DNA of 64,000 nt, from the NCBI GenBank assembly GCA_016432325.1, contig CP066684.1, positions 576,001 through 640,000 of the forward strand, read 5' to 3'. The notes beneath the pieces are model-generated. The model was not told where the DNA came from. It saw only the letters and a program-made list of their open reading frames with translations, and searched no databases. The translations under genes were made by a program, and so were the position numbers. Source of the stretch: Candidatus Aenigmatarchaeota archaeon (GTDB lineage: Archaea; Aenigmatarchaeota; Aenigmatarchaeia; PWEA01; JACQIF01). Below are positions 19,804 through 30,305 of this stretch, one piece after another. Every line of letters starts with the position of its first letter. The stretch's first letter is position 1.

Positions 19804-20628
19804 CTAGTTCACCGCTTCGGCGTCCTTCCAGATGGCCTCGAACATCGGCTGCAGGAGCTGTCCTGCGAGATTCTCGCTCTGCGACCAGATGTGCGTATCT
19901 TGCGTAGGATGCGTTTTCTCGTCGTGCGTCAGCGCGACCAGAGCCTCCTTGCCGTCGGCAATCGCGAAGCGTCCCTCGAGGTTCTTGCGTCCCTTGGTGT
20001 TGCGAACCTCGGCGTACGAACGTATGGCCTGCGCTGTCTGCGCGCCGGCGGACGTTATCGGAGCCGCGATGCGCACGCGGACGCCGCGCTTCGAGGCGTT
20101 CTTCAAAAGGTTGCCGTGGTTGGCCGCAATCTCTTCGAAGCCTTTTTCGGACGTGAGTATGTAGACGTGCGAAGACGCTTTCTTGAACATCGACTCGAGT
20201 TGCTGGTGCATTGCGTGCCTGCCTTTCAGAGAGCCCGTCAGGTCGGAAGACGAAACGGTCTCGACTCCTGTCTTGAAGAGCTCTTCGAGTTCCTTCAGAG
20301 AATCGCTCTTTTTCGCGCGCTCTATGCGGTCCGTGGCAGTTTCATAATCTTCCTTGTGTTTGTTCTTCGCGCGTTCCAGAGCCTCGCGCGGAGGAACGGC
20401 GACGTATTTTATGGGCTTGGAGTTCTGAACCACGACAAAGCCCTTGTCTGCGAGAGATTCGAGAACGTCATACGTGCGCGAGCGAGGCACGCCCGAAAGC
20501 TCGGCCAGCTGGCCGGCGTTCGAAGAGCCCTTGCTCAGAAGGGTCACGAAGAGCTTGCGCTCATACGAATTGAGACCCACCATCGAAAGCAGGTCCATCA
20601 CGCGCTGGTTGACTACGCTTTTAGGCAT
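19804..20628 (-). CDS. TrmB family transcriptional regulator
   Basis: GLNSYE, SGVPRSRTYDVLESLADKGFV. Confidence 0.9.
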   Translation of the reverse strand: MPKSVVNQRVMDLLSMVGLNSYERKLFVTLLSKGSSNAGQLAELSGVPRSRTYDVLESLADKGFVVVQNSKPIKYVAVPPREALERAKNKHKEDYETATDRIERAKKSDSLKELEELFKTGVETVSSSDLTGSLKGRHAMHQQLESMFKKASSHVYILTSEKGFEEIAANHGNLLKNASKRGVRVRIAAPITSAGAQTAQAIRSYAEVRNTKGRKNLEGRFAIADGKEALVALTHDEKTHPTQDTHIWSQSENLAGQLLQPMFEAIWKDAEAVN

Positions 20629-20830
20629 TTACTGGTCCCTCACAACGTTTCTGAGCGGTAAATTCATTTTCAAATACACCCCTTGTTTTATCGGCGAACT
20701 GTGCGTTCGCACCTCTTTAACACGCAAACGCAGGTATTTAAACCTTACTACCATGCCGTGACACCGATTTTGGGCACGTTTTGGCGTATGTAGTTACTAG
20801 AAAGTGAACTATTTAAAGGGCTATTCGGTC

Positions 20831-22510
20831 TTAGCCGCGCCGTCCCTGACTCTCGAAGAGCGCCGCGACCCGTTTCAAATCGTCCGCGTCCTTCGGACCC
20901 TTGTCCGCGCGCACGCGCACGAGCCGCGGAAATCGAAGCGCATAGCCGGACGAGTACGTCGGCGACCTCTGGATTTCCTGGTAGCCGGCCTCGATGACCA
21001 CTCGCGGCTTCAACGAAACGCTCTTGCCCTTCTCGGTTTCGATAAGAGGCTTGAGCGTTTTCGTCATTTCAGCGTATTGTTCTTCCGTCAACCCCGTGGA
21101 CAGCATCCCGCACTCAACGAGACGGTCGGCGTCGCGGCAGGCCAGCACGTACGACGAAAGCCACCTCGCGCGCTTGCCCTCGCCCCACGTCGCGCCGACG
21201 ATTACGAGATCAAGGGTTTCCATGATGGGTTTTACCTTGTACCAGCCGCCGACGTGCCGTCCGAAAACATAAGGCGAATCGAGCGCCTTCAGCATTACCC
21301 CTTCTTGCGCCATCTCGAGAGCGCGCCTGTAGAACGCGTCGGCCTTCTTCACGTCGTCCGTTACGAGCTGCTCGGCCACGACGAACTTGTTGGGAAGTTC
21401 GCGCACGGACTTTTCAAGAATTGCGCGGCGCTCTGTCAGCGGCTTATCCAAGAGTATTTCCCCGTCAACGAAAACGATGTCGAACAGGTTGACCTGGACC
21501 GGCACCTCGCGAACCAACTTCTCGATGTCGTATTTGCGCTGGATTCTTTGCGAGAGCAGCTGGAAGGGCTGCGGCTTCCCGTTCAGGACGGCCCACGCCT
21601 CGCCCTCGACTATGCACTCCTTCGGTTTCAGGGAACTCTTCGCAAACTCCGCTATGTCAGGGAACTGATGCGTGACGTCTTCGAGCCGCCGCGTGAATAC
21701 CCATACCTTGTCGCCTTTCTTGTGAATCTGCGCACGCATGCCGTCGTACTTCATCTCTATGGCGACGCGGCCGTGCTCTTTTATAACGTCCTCGATTTTG
21801 TCCACGGCCAGGCCGAGCATGACCTGGACCGGTTTGCCGAGAGCAGGTCGCACGGCACGCAGACCGCGGACGCCGTCCTCCCGCGCGATCTCCGCGACTT
21901 CTCCGAAATCCGAAAGTATGTTCCACGCGTAGTCGACTGCCTCCGTCGCCTCTTTCTTTTCCTCCTTGCCTTTTCCGAAGTATGCTGCTGCGATTGCGTC
22001 TCTGAGTATTCCTTCCGCCACGCCTATGCGCAAGTCGCTGAGAACGGTTCGAACAAGATAACGCGCCTCAAGGGGGGTCGCTGCGGCAAGAAGCTCCCCG
22101 ACAAGCTCCTGCCTGCGCTCCTGCGAAGACGAGCCTGTCACTGAAGGAAGTTTCCGGAGATTCTCGAATATCTTCTCGACGGTAAGCTGTTTCGGCGACA
22201 GCGTGCGTTGCCTCTTTTTTTCCAGCACGCCCTCCGCGACAAGACCGAGATCGCCTTTTTTGGCGAACATCTTTTCGATGTCCGCGGCGGAGAAACCCGA
22301 CGCCTTTCCAATTATCTTCATCATCGTCTGTTCCGCGATGCCCAGCTCGCGCTGGTCGTAAGAAGGGAAGACGCGGCCCGTGAGCAGGAGAACGACTTCT
22401 CGCGCAGTCTTCGTCTTGTGGAGGAACTCTGCGATTGTCTCGGCCTTCTTTATCTTGGATTGCGTGCTTTCGAGCGCATCACAAACTTCGGCCAGTTCCG
22501 AATATCTCAT
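20831..22510 (-). CDS. lig: ATP-dependent DNA ligase
   Basis: EMKYDGMRAQIH, EGVMLK, DLVIVG, ALRFPR; start at MRYSEL. Confidence 0.95.
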   Translation of the reverse strand: MRYSELAEVCDALESTQSKIKKAETIAEFLHKTKTAREVVLLLTGRVFPSYDQRELGIAEQTMMKIIGKASGFSAADIEKMFAKKGDLGLVAEGVLEKKRQRTLSPKQLTVEKIFENLRKLPSVTGSSSQERRQELVGELLAAATPLEARYLVRTVLSDLRIGVAEGILRDAIAAAYFGKGKEEKKEATEAVDYAWNILSDFGEVAEIAREDGVRGLRAVRPALGKPVQVMLGLAVDKIEDVIKEHGRVAIEMKYDGMRAQIHKKGDKVWVFTRRLEDVTHQFPDIAEFAKSSLKPKECIVEGEAWAVLNGKPQPFQLLSQRIQRKYDIEKLVREVPVQVNLFDIVFVDGEILLDKPLTERRAILEKSVRELPNKFVVAEQLVTDDVKKADAFYRRALEMAQEGVMLKALDSPYVFGRHVGGWYKVKPIMETLDLVIVGATWGEGKRARWLSSYVLACRDADRLVECGMLSTGLTEEQYAEMTKTLKPLIETEKGKSVSLKPRVVIEAGYQEIQRSPTYSSGYALRFPRLVRVRADKGPKDADDLKRVAALFESQGRRG

Positions 22511-22562
22511 GAGCCTAGTTTTGTCTTTGACTTTTATAAGCAGAATGAACCCAACGTTAGGC

Positions 22563-23669
22563 ATGTCGCCGCATGCCAAGGGAGTCTCGCCCATCATAGC
22601 GTCCGTCCTCATACTCCTCGTTACGGTGGCTCTCGTGGCCTCGTACACGGTCTGGACATCAGGCGTCTTCGGCACGGTTTCCGAGAGCGGCCAGGAAGAG
22701 GTCACGCGCAGCACGCAACAGCTCTTCTCAGACTTCCGCATAGAAGGCCTGAGCAAGCAGGACGTCTTCATCAAGAATACGGGTTCGTCCAGGCTCAGCG
22801 TTTCTGCGTTGACTGTGTTTCTGGACGGCGAGCCCGTGACGCACGCGGCCGACTTCGACACGCTCGAAGCAGACGAAGGCGGCACTCTGACGCTTCGCGG
22901 ACTGTGGAAGTTCGGCGTTGGAACGCACGCGCTGAAGGTGAGCGCAGGCGCGTTCTCCGATTCCACGGACGTCACGACAGAACCGGCCGCCGGCGCGGTG
23001 GGCTTATGGGACATGGAGGAAGGTTCGGGCACGGTCGCGAACGACGCGAGCGGGAACGGGAACACGGGAACGTTCGGCAGTTCGCCTGTATGGACGCAAG
23101 ATACGCCGTCTGCGTCTTCCAAGTTCGGGCTGACGTTCGACGGGACAGACGACTCTGTGAACATGAACAGCCCCATCGTCGTAAAAGACCGCGTGACCGT
23201 AGAAGCGTGGGTGAAGTTCGGCGACCTCGGTTCGTGGAGGACGCTCTTCGGCATGTGCAACGATCCGAACAGCGCCTGCTCCGACGCGGACTACGACTAC
23301 CTGCTTCTGAGAAAGCAGAACGACGATAAAGTGAGCTTCATTCTTGGCTACTACAGGACAGGAGGAGGCACATGCGGCTCTGTGTCGACTGCCGCTGTTA
23401 CGCCGAACGTCTGGACTCACGTTGTCGGTACTATTGACATCGGCGCGGGGAGAAGCGAAATGTTCATGAACGGGCTGAAGATACCCACGACCGACGATTT
23501 GGCGTGCACGACCGCGAACATCAACGTCTATCCGTCCATAGGCGCGCTGGCGTACGGCAACAACGCTAATACAGGCCGAACTGAATTCTTCAAGGGTTCT
23601 ATCGACGGCGTGCGCCTCTTTGACCGCGCATACGGGCCTGACGAACTTTACAACCTAGAACAGGCCTAA
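22563..23669 (+). CDS. archaeal pilin/archaellin-type signal peptide fused to a LamG-like jellyroll domain
   Basis: class III signal KG|VSPIIASVLILLVT; WDMEEGSG, FDGTDD, WTHVVGT, FKGSIDGVRLF. Confidence 0.85.
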   Translation: MSPHAKGVSPIIASVLILLVTVALVASYTVWTSGVFGTVSESGQEEVTRSTQQLFSDFRIEGLSKQDVFIKNTGSSRLSVSALTVFLDGEPVTHAADFDTLEADEGGTLTLRGLWKFGVGTHALKVSAGAFSDSTDVTTEPAAGAVGLWDMEEGSGTVANDASGNGNTGTFGSSPVWTQDTPSASSKFGLTFDGTDDSVNMNSPIVVKDRVTVEAWVKFGDLGSWRTLFGMCNDPNSACSDADYDYLLLRKQNDDKVSFILGYYRTGGGTCGSVSTAAVTPNVWTHVVGTIDIGAGRSEMFMNGLKIPTTDDLACTTANINVYPSIGALAYGNNANTGRTEFFKGSIDGVRLFDRAYGPDELYNLEQA

Positions 23670-24070
23670 CCGATGTCGCGTATGACGCGCTTGACTCCGC
23701 ACGCCTGGCACTTCAGCTTCAGCAGCCTGTCTTCGCGAACGAACTCGGTATCCGGCTTGCCGCACGCGCAGAAGACGAACTCGTTCGCGTATTTCTGCAG
23801 CTTGGCCTGCAACTGGTCCTTGCTGAACTTCCCCTGGAATGACGCGCGGGCGCCTTGCATGTCCCCGGGCACGGCCATCTCGCGCGTGAGATATTTCATG
23901 AGATGCTTGGCTTCACGTCTCAAAGTGCGCGCCAGCTCTGCAAAATTCACGACGACGGTCATGTTCCCCTGATTGCTCACGACCGCGTCAGGCATCTCGA
24001 ACCGTTCGTGCGCGCTCGCGCGGGCTATCTTCTGCTCGGCGCGCTTGAGTAGTGTTTCGTAGTCTTGCAT
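23666..24070 (-). CDS. eif2b: translation initiation factor 2 beta subunit
   Basis: YETLLKRA, ERFEMP, CACGKPDT, CQACG. Confidence 0.92.
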   Translation of the reverse strand: MQDYETLLKRAEQKIARASAHERFEMPDAVVSNQGNMTVVVNFAELARTLRREAKHLMKYLTREMAVPGDMQGARASFQGKFSKDQLQAKLQKYANEFVFCACGKPDTEFVREDRLLKLKCQACGVKRVIRDIG

Positions 24071-24121
24071 GCGGAGCGTTCACAGAGGAGGCTTAAATAC
24101 GTTTAACCCGATTGTTCATGC

Positions 24122-24562
24122 ATGCGTAAAATCTACTTCGCCGGCTCCATTAGAGGGGGGAGGGGAGATGTAGACGCATATCGCGCCATCATTACAGATC
24201 TTCAGAAATACGGCCAAGTTCTTACGGAACATATAGGCGATAAAGAAATATCCGCACTCGGCGAGAACATAACTGCAAGGGCAATTCACGACAGGGACTT
24301 GGGATGGCTGCTCTCTTCTGACGTGGTGGTCGCCGACGTTTCAACGCCCAGCCTCGGCGTGGGATGGGAGATCGGAAGGGCCGTGGAACGCGGCAAGCCC
24401 GTGTTGTGCTTGTTCAGATCAGACGAGGGCAAGCGACTCTCCGCCATGATTTCAGGGTGCCCCGACCACACAGTAGCCGAATATAGCACTACCGAGGAGG
24501 CCACGGCTCACATAGGCACATTCTTCCAAAAGCTCGATGGCGCTCAAAAGAGCCCTATTTAA
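24122..24562 (+). CDS. DNPH1/Rcl-like deoxynucleoside 5'-monophosphate N-glycosidase
   Basis: IYFAGSIRGGR, IHDRDLGWL, PSLGVGWEIGRA, LSAMI. Confidence 0.88.
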   Translation: MRKIYFAGSIRGGRGDVDAYRAIITDLQKYGQVLTEHIGDKEISALGENITARAIHDRDLGWLLSSDVVVADVSTPSLGVGWEIGRAVERGKPVLCLFRSDEGKRLSAMISGCPDHTVAEYSTTEEATAHIGTFFQKLDGAQKSPI

Positions 24563-24592
24563 CTTTTTCGCCACAACAGACAGCGTGGTATT

Positions 24593-25159
24593 ATGCCGCG
24601 CGCGACGAGTTTCATCGAACTGCAGGCCAAGCAGGAGAGGCACGACAAGTTCCATCACAACGACATCTACCGCCTCTCGACGTTCGAGAGGATGAACCAT
24701 TTCGGCCACCATTTTGCGAAGTATGTCGCACGACTCGCAAGGCTCAAAGACGAAAAGAATCCTCTCCCCGTGCTAAGCCAAACGCTCGCCGATACAACCA
24801 TCGTCACCCTTTCCTCGGCATACAGCCTCAACATGAATCTCGACCAGACGCTCCAGGAAAGGCACGGCTTGCCTACTTCAAGAGGCACGTTTGGGTACAG
24901 CGGCGGCACGAACGGAAATTCCGCGATCGAGGACGTGCGCCTGTGGCTCCTTCACGAACTCGCGAAACCGACAGGCGACATAGCGAAGGTTCTTGAAGAA
25001 CACGACCACATGGGACAGGGAGCCGTGAGAAAGGGTCTTGAGGACGGCGTCACGGACATATCGTACGTGGCGGTTTGCGGCTTCAACGGCCTGCATCTGG
25101 ACATGGTAAGCGAAGTGTACGACCGCTGGGCTCTTATCGAGAAGAACAGGATTCTTTAG
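24593..25159 (+). CDS. hypothetical protein, possible degenerate MazG-like all-alpha fold
   Basis: two helical repeats (LADTTIV / VTDISYV); immediately follows DNPH1. Confidence 0.5.
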   Translation: MPRATSFIELQAKQERHDKFHHNDIYRLSTFERMNHFGHHFAKYVARLARLKDEKNPLPVLSQTLADTTIVTLSSAYSLNMNLDQTLQERHGLPTSRGTFGYSGGTNGNSAIEDVRLWLLHELAKPTGDIAKVLEEHDHMGQGAVRKGLEDGVTDISYVAVCGFNGLHLDMVSEVYDRWALIEKNRIL

Positions 25160-25713
25160 CGTCCGGTCAACGGATTCCAAACGTACTGTACTGCATACAG
25201 CTTCACGAAACCGAGATACGGAACGCTGAAAATAGTGCGGCCCTGAATCTGTGCTGGTGCAACGGCAGGCCTGTGAGGGGCGCACTGGTCGCAAGTCGGA
25301 TTCGCGTCTCCGCGCGTTATGTATATCACGTCGGAACCGGCGGCCCTCTGTTGTATGTCGTGAGCGGTCAGCTCGTCCCATCCCTGCTTCTTCATGGCTG
25401 TGCCGTTCTCGTATTTGGCGACCACGCGATGGATGATGGGGCGGTCCTCCCATCCCTTGAAGACTATGATGTCCCCGAGCTCGTAAGAACCGCGGCCCTC
25501 TATTATCACCAGATCCCCGACATTCAGGGTGGGGACCATGGAAGTTGACGAAACCGTGACGACTGGAAAGCTCGTTCCCAGGACCGTTCCGAGAGCCGCG
25601 TTGAGAACGACGGCGGCTACGATGCCCAGAACGGCGTATATCACCATTCCCTTCCAGCCCTTTTCGTTGAGAAGTTTTTGAAATGTTATGCGCCGCTTTG
25701 CCATGAAAACCAT
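25156..25713 (-). CDS. signal peptidase I (Sec11 type)
   Basis: VSSTSMVPTLNVGD, IIHRV, TRGDAN, PYLG. Confidence 0.9.
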   Translation of the reverse strand: MVFMAKRRITFQKLLNEKGWKGMVIYAVLGIVAAVVLNAALGTVLGTSFPVVTVSSTSMVPTLNVGDLVIIEGRGSYELGDIIVFKGWEDRPIIHRVVAKYENGTAMKKQGWDELTAHDIQQRAAGSDVIYITRGDANPTCDQCAPHRPAVAPAQIQGRTIFSVPYLGFVKLYAVQYVWNPLTGR

Positions 25714-25758
25714 CTGTGTTATCAGAGTGCGCGATATATAATATAGAAGAAGCGCCGT

Positions 25759-26040
25759 CTATTTCTTTGACGCTTTCTCGAACTCCATCCGCATCTCCTT
25801 GGTGCGCTCGGCGAGGTTCTTTGCCGCGCGCTTCACGGCGGCTATCGGGTCGTCGCCTTCCGTCTCCACGATAAGCACGGGGACACCCACTTCAGGATGG
25901 GTCTTTGCGTATGCGGCGTTCTTGACCTTCTTCGTGTCGCGCACGAGCTCTTGGCGCATCGCGTCCGCGAACGTGTGCCCTTCCCCGCCGAGTTCAATCT
26001 TCACCTTGTTCTTCGTCTTGCTTATCATCTTGAGATGCAT
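25759..26040 (-). CDS. rpoL: DNA-directed RNA polymerase subunit L (Rpo11)
   Basis: GEGHTF...AAYAKTHP. Confidence 0.9.
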   Translation of the reverse strand: MHLKMISKTKNKVKIELGGEGHTFADAMRQELVRDTKKVKNAAYAKTHPEVGVPVLIVETEGDDPIAAVKRAAKNLAERTKEMRMEFEKASKK

Positions 26041-26081
26041 GGTATCGCCACTGGTTATGACCGTTCTCTATTTAAGCATAA

Positions 26082-26423
26082 CTACCAGTCCGCGGGTCCC
26101 CCGCGTCTGGCGATGATGCCGTCTTTCACAAGCATTTCATGCACATCCATGCGTTCTCTGCGGCCTATCCGGGCGCACTTGAGCTTCACGGGTTTCCCGC
26201 GGTCATCGAAACCCGCCACGCCCGCGTACTCGCCCAGTACCATCGGCCTTATCGCGGAGAAGTCGCGTTCGTTGAAACGGCCTGTCACACCGACGGGCCC
26301 GACGAGATATTCGGCATGTCCTCCGTTGTAGCCGAGTTCAACCGTTCTGTAGACATAGATATACGGTATGCGTGTCGCATTGCCCCACAGCGTGCCTGTT
26401 ATGCTACTCTCAACGCGGCTCAT
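26082..26423 (-). CDS. hypothetical protein
   Basis: overlaps the dph2 stop (ATGA coupling). Confidence 0.5.
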   Translation of the reverse strand: MSRVESSITGTLWGNATRIPYIYVYRTVELGYNGGHAEYLVGPVGVTGRFNERDFSAIRPMVLGEYAGVAGFDDRGKPVKLKCARIGRRERMDVHEMLVKDGIIARRGGPADW

Positions 26424-27388
26424 ACGGCTACCCGCGCGGCGCTCTCGAGCTCTCGCATCAGTTCCGCAAACTCGTCGGGGTTGAGAAGGGGCTTCCTAAA
26501 CTCGCCGCGGTTCTCAACGGTTATTCGGGGGCACGCCGTGTTCACGTACGCGTCCGCGCGAATCGCGAGAAGCTTGTCCGGCGTTATCCTGTCCATCGTG
26601 AATATCCACGCCTTCTTGCCCAAGCGTTCGAGACGTTCCTTTATGGTGTACGGGTCGACGAAGTGTTGGCCGGGTTTTCCAGAAACCAGGACGGCAAAAG
26701 ACTGCGCTTCGCGTGCCAGAGCAAGCGCCAGATAACGCTGTTTGAGGAATTTCGTGTAATCCGGTTTTGTAATCTCCGCGCGTTCGAGATCGAGCACGTA
26801 GAAAGGCTTGTCGACGCGAAGCCCAATTCCAAGAGGATGGAAGTGTCCGGAGCCCACGAAGAGGAACGCGTCGACGCGCGCGTCCACGGCAAGCGCGCTC
26901 GAAACGTTGCAGCCGAGAACTTGACCTTCCATCAGAGAGCCTTTGCCTATATGAGCGGCGGCGCCTTTCGATTCGAGGAACGCCTTTACCTCCGGAAGAA
27001 TCTGCAAAAAGTTCACCGATGAAACCAGTCCTATGCTCTTGTATTCGGCGAGCTTCTGCCAGTCTTTTTCCAGCGCAGGAATCGCGTTCGCATCGACCTT
27101 CCAGATGAAGTACAGCGTAGGAATGCGCTCGTTCACGCCAAAGTCGGAGTGGCCCACGTTGACGAGCAGGTCGCAGTTCAGGCTCTCCGCCTCGGCGTCC
27201 CGCAGGTCGCACGCACCGTAGCACGGCTCGAGAGACATGAACGCTTTCACGTTCGCGCTGTCAAAAGCGTCCAGGATGTCCTGCGCGCGCATCAGCAAGC
27301 CTTCCGGTATCTGGATGAATATGCGTTTTGCCCCGCGGGCGCGCACGGCCTCCACGAGTTCGGCTATGTTTCCTTCGACGTTATTCAT
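26420..27388 (-). CDS. dph2: diphthamide biosynthesis radical-SAM enzyme
   Basis: QIPEGL, CYGACD, QVLGC, GHFHPLG, TACPR. Confidence 0.93.
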   Translation of the reverse strand: MNNVEGNIAELVEAVRARGAKRIFIQIPEGLLMRAQDILDAFDSANVKAFMSLEPCYGACDLRDAEAESLNCDLLVNVGHSDFGVNERIPTLYFIWKVDANAIPALEKDWQKLAEYKSIGLVSSVNFLQILPEVKAFLESKGAAAHIGKGSLMEGQVLGCNVSSALAVDARVDAFLFVGSGHFHPLGIGLRVDKPFYVLDLERAEITKPDYTKFLKQRYLALALAREAQSFAVLVSGKPGQHFVDPYTIKERLERLGKKAWIFTMDRITPDKLLAIRADAYVNTACPRITVENRGEFRKPLLNPDEFAELMRELESAARVAV

Positions 27389-27439
27389 GGTTAAAGGGGC
27401 TCCTGCAAGCTATTTAATAGCCAAAGATGACCTCTTGGC

Positions 27440-28624
27440 ATGGTTTCGATAGGCTACTACACTCTCTCTGTCATAGCGTTCGTGGCAGTGCTTGCGGCGT
27501 TCATGTACGCGGACCGCAAGAACATAACGAGGAGCCACGGCATCGTGTTCTACAAGAAGACCAAGAGGGGCCGCGAGTTCGTTGACGCGTTGGCCAAATC
27601 GCATCCGCTCTTCTGGCGCGTGATGGGCAACGCAGGCGTCGCCGCAGGCATCGTCGGCATGATAGGGGCCGTGGCGTTTCTGGTCGACGCCGCGCTGACT
27701 CCGAAGGCCGGTCCGGGGCTGGCTCTTGTCCTGCCTTTTCCGTCCGCCGAGGGCGCAAGCGGCGCCGGCTTCGTGGGCGTCCCGTTCTGGCACTTCATGA
27801 TAGGAATCGCGCTGTTCGTTCTCGTCCACGAAGGCTTCCACGCGATACAGGCGCGCAACGAGAACGTGGCGATAAAGAGCATGGGTGTCGGCCTCGTCGC
27901 CATAATCCCGTGGGCGTTCGTCGAACCCAACGAACGCCAAGTCAGGAAGAAGCCGTGGCTGAGCCGCATGCGGTTGTACGCGGCCGGAGCCTTCGGAAAT
28001 TTCCTGCTCGCGGGCGTGGCGCTGCTCGTGACCAATTTCCTTTTCGTGCCTGCGTTCGCGTCTGGCGCCATAGGCTTCGGCGGTTACGTGGACCCTTCAC
28101 AATACGGCGCGTCCGAGCCCTTCCCGGCGCAGGCGGCCGGACTCGCACCGCCCATAATCGCCTTCGACGGCCAGCGCGTCGAGACGACAGAGGAGTTTTC
28201 TGCCGCACTGGCCGCGAAGAAGCCCGGAGACGCGGTTGTCGTCCAGACTCTGTCCGAATCCTATACGATAAGGCTTGCCGCCCACCCGGAATATCCGGAC
28301 CGCGCGTACCTTGGAGTGGCGGGTCCAAAAGTGGTGCAGGTTCTGAAAGACGCCTATAGAAACGACCCTCTGAAGGCCGGTTCCCTGAACTTCGTCGGAG
28401 ACCTGCTTTATTGGATATTCGCCCTGAGTCTCGGAATAGGGCTGGCCAACCTGTTCCCTATAGGGCCGCTGGACGGCGGGCAGATGCTGCGCACGCTGGC
28501 CGAGCGCTTCACGCCGCGTCTGGCAGGCGATGTGATGCGCGCCTCCACCACGTTCATGATGGTTCTGATACTGTGGATGATAGTACCCGTATTATTGGGG
28601 GCAATTGGCTCGCTTTTTGTATGA
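27440..28624 (+). CDS. site-2 (M50) metalloprotease with PDZ-like domain
   Basis: HEGFH, AAGAFGN, NLFPIGPLDGG. Confidence 0.92.
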   Translation: MVSIGYYTLSVIAFVAVLAAFMYADRKNITRSHGIVFYKKTKRGREFVDALAKSHPLFWRVMGNAGVAAGIVGMIGAVAFLVDAALTPKAGPGLALVLPFPSAEGASGAGFVGVPFWHFMIGIALFVLVHEGFHAIQARNENVAIKSMGVGLVAIIPWAFVEPNERQVRKKPWLSRMRLYAAGAFGNFLLAGVALLVTNFLFVPAFASGAIGFGGYVDPSQYGASEPFPAQAAGLAPPIIAFDGQRVETTEEFSAALAAKKPGDAVVVQTLSESYTIRLAAHPEYPDRAYLGVAGPKVVQVLKDAYRNDPLKAGSLNFVGDLLYWIFALSLGIGLANLFPIGPLDGGQMLRTLAERFTPRLAGDVMRASTTFMMVLILWMIVPVLLGAIGSLFV

Positions 28625-28663
28625 GCTTTTGAATCGCGGTTCGAAAATACCTGAGTTGGCGAT

Positions 28664-29077
28664 ATGATGGATGGCAAGAAGCACATCGTTGCGATAACGG
28701 CGTTCATAAGAAACGGGAATGGTGACAGGTTCCTCGTCGTGAAGAGGAGTGCGAAAGAAATCGCGTATCCGGGTAAGTGGGCCTTCCCCGGAGGCAAGCT
28801 GGAGAAGGGCGAGTCGATACTGCAGACTCTCAAGAGAGAGGTTCTCGAAGAGGTCGGTCTTGAGATAGATGGGCGAAAGAGATTCCTGAAGGACTTCACG
28901 TTCGTGAGACCGGACGGCCACAACGTCGTTGGTATGTGTTTTGAGGTCAGGGCCGCGTCAGAACACGTAAAGCTGGCCGAAGACTTCGATGATTTCAAGT
29001 GGATAGCGCCTGCCGAACTCGCCGGCCTGGATCATATAGAAGGCATGGAAGAGGAAGTTCGAGCCGCGTTCGGCTGA
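28664..29077 (+). CDS. NUDIX hydrolase
   Basis: PGGKLEKGESILQTLKREVLEEVGL. Confidence 0.92.
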   Translation: MMDGKKHIVAITAFIRNGNGDRFLVVKRSAKEIAYPGKWAFPGGKLEKGESILQTLKREVLEEVGLEIDGRKRFLKDFTFVRPDGHNVVGMCFEVRAASEHVKLAEDFDDFKWIAPAELAGLDHIEGMEEEVRAAFG

Positions 29078-29153
29078 CGTGCCTGAACGCGTTCCCGCAC
29101 ACCACTGGCGGCACGTTTATATCTGTTCGCCGCCGTTACTTGTCTTGGATTCT

Positions 29154-30266
29154 ATGGCGCCCGGAACCGTCGTCGACCTCCTCGCACTGGCCGAGATATT
29201 CATAGGAGTCACTATCATCGCAGGCTCGTGGATAGCCGTCCTCAGCTGGTTCTACGAGACCAAAAGGATGATGCGCTGGCGCCCGTACGCGTTCACCGTC
29301 ACGATAGGATTTTCCCTGTCGATGTTCTTCAACGCGTTGGGCATGATAACGGTTGTCAACGGCCTGACTGCGTGGACAGACCTGCTCTTCAATCTCACCG
29401 TGCTGTTCATGCTGCTCTCGTTCTTCGGCATAGGCATGCTGGCGCGGGACATCGCAAGCCTCGAGCGCCTCGGAGTCGGACTAAAGCGCCTGGAAAAGGT
29501 TGCGTTCACAATGCAACCGACGCACGAGGAAAAGGAGGAGCTTGGTATCCCGTGCGTGGACGGCCTGTTGCTGGAGAAGCCGACGAAGGCTCCGATGGTT
29601 CTGTACGGCGAGGACGGCACGCATCCGTGGAGGCTGGGCCAGCACTTCGTCGTCACGGGCCTTCTCAAGGGCGAATCGTGCATATATTTCACGGCCACGA
29701 GGCCGCCGGAGCTCGTGATAGAACAGCTGAACGACGCGCTTGGGAAGCGCGGCAAGAAACTGGAAGACTTCAAGGACTCGTTCGCCATCGTCGACTGCTT
29801 CACGCCTTTCGCCGGTCTCTCCGAACACGAAACGTTCTTGCTCGGAGACGATTACAGGAAAGCCGGATGGAAATACGCGGAAGCGGATCCGCGCGACCTG
29901 AACGACATACATACCGCCTACCGCGACGCGCGACGCCTCTTGGGCTTCAAACCCGATATCCGCACTATATTCGACTCTTTCAGCGGCGTCATCGAACTCG
30001 CCGACCCGCATCTGCTATACCAGTATCTTCTGCACACCGTGACCGCGGAGGAAAAGTTCCGCTACATGAGCCTGTACATAGTGCGCAAGGAGAGCGACCT
30101 CGAACTGATGCGCTACCTTGTCAGCGGAGCGATGAAGGTTACGCTGAAGGACGGCGAACGCTACGTCGAGATACAGAAGATGCCTGCGCGCTACAGGAGC
30201 GGAACATACAAGATGACGGACGATGACGGCGTCGTCGTGACCGGCCTGAAAAAGAGCCCGGCGTGA
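29154..30266 (+). CDS. membrane-anchored KaiC/RAD55-like domain protein with degenerate P-loop
   Basis: 3 TMs, then LGIPCVDGLL, GESCIYF, IVDCF, IFDSFS; Walker A replaced by GEDGTHPW. Confidence 0.7.
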   Translation: MAPGTVVDLLALAEIFIGVTIIAGSWIAVLSWFYETKRMMRWRPYAFTVTIGFSLSMFFNALGMITVVNGLTAWTDLLFNLTVLFMLLSFFGIGMLARDIASLERLGVGLKRLEKVAFTMQPTHEEKEELGIPCVDGLLLEKPTKAPMVLYGEDGTHPWRLGQHFVVTGLLKGESCIYFTATRPPELVIEQLNDALGKRGKKLEDFKDSFAIVDCFTPFAGLSEHETFLLGDDYRKAGWKYAEADPRDLNDIHTAYRDARRLLGFKPDIRTIFDSFSGVIELADPHLLYQYLLHTVTAEEKFRYMSLYIVRKESDLELMRYLVSGAMKVTLKDGERYVEIQKMPARYRSGTYKMTDDDGVVVTGLKKSPA

Positions 30267-30305
30267 GGTCTCGTCCGTGAACCCCGACGAAAGCGGTGAG
30301 GCGCA

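Noticed and set aside
22511-23260. 250-aa N-terminal extension of DNA ligase in the ORF track
   Set aside because: It is the antisense shadow of the pilin-LamG gene; ligase homology starts at MRYSEL (22510).
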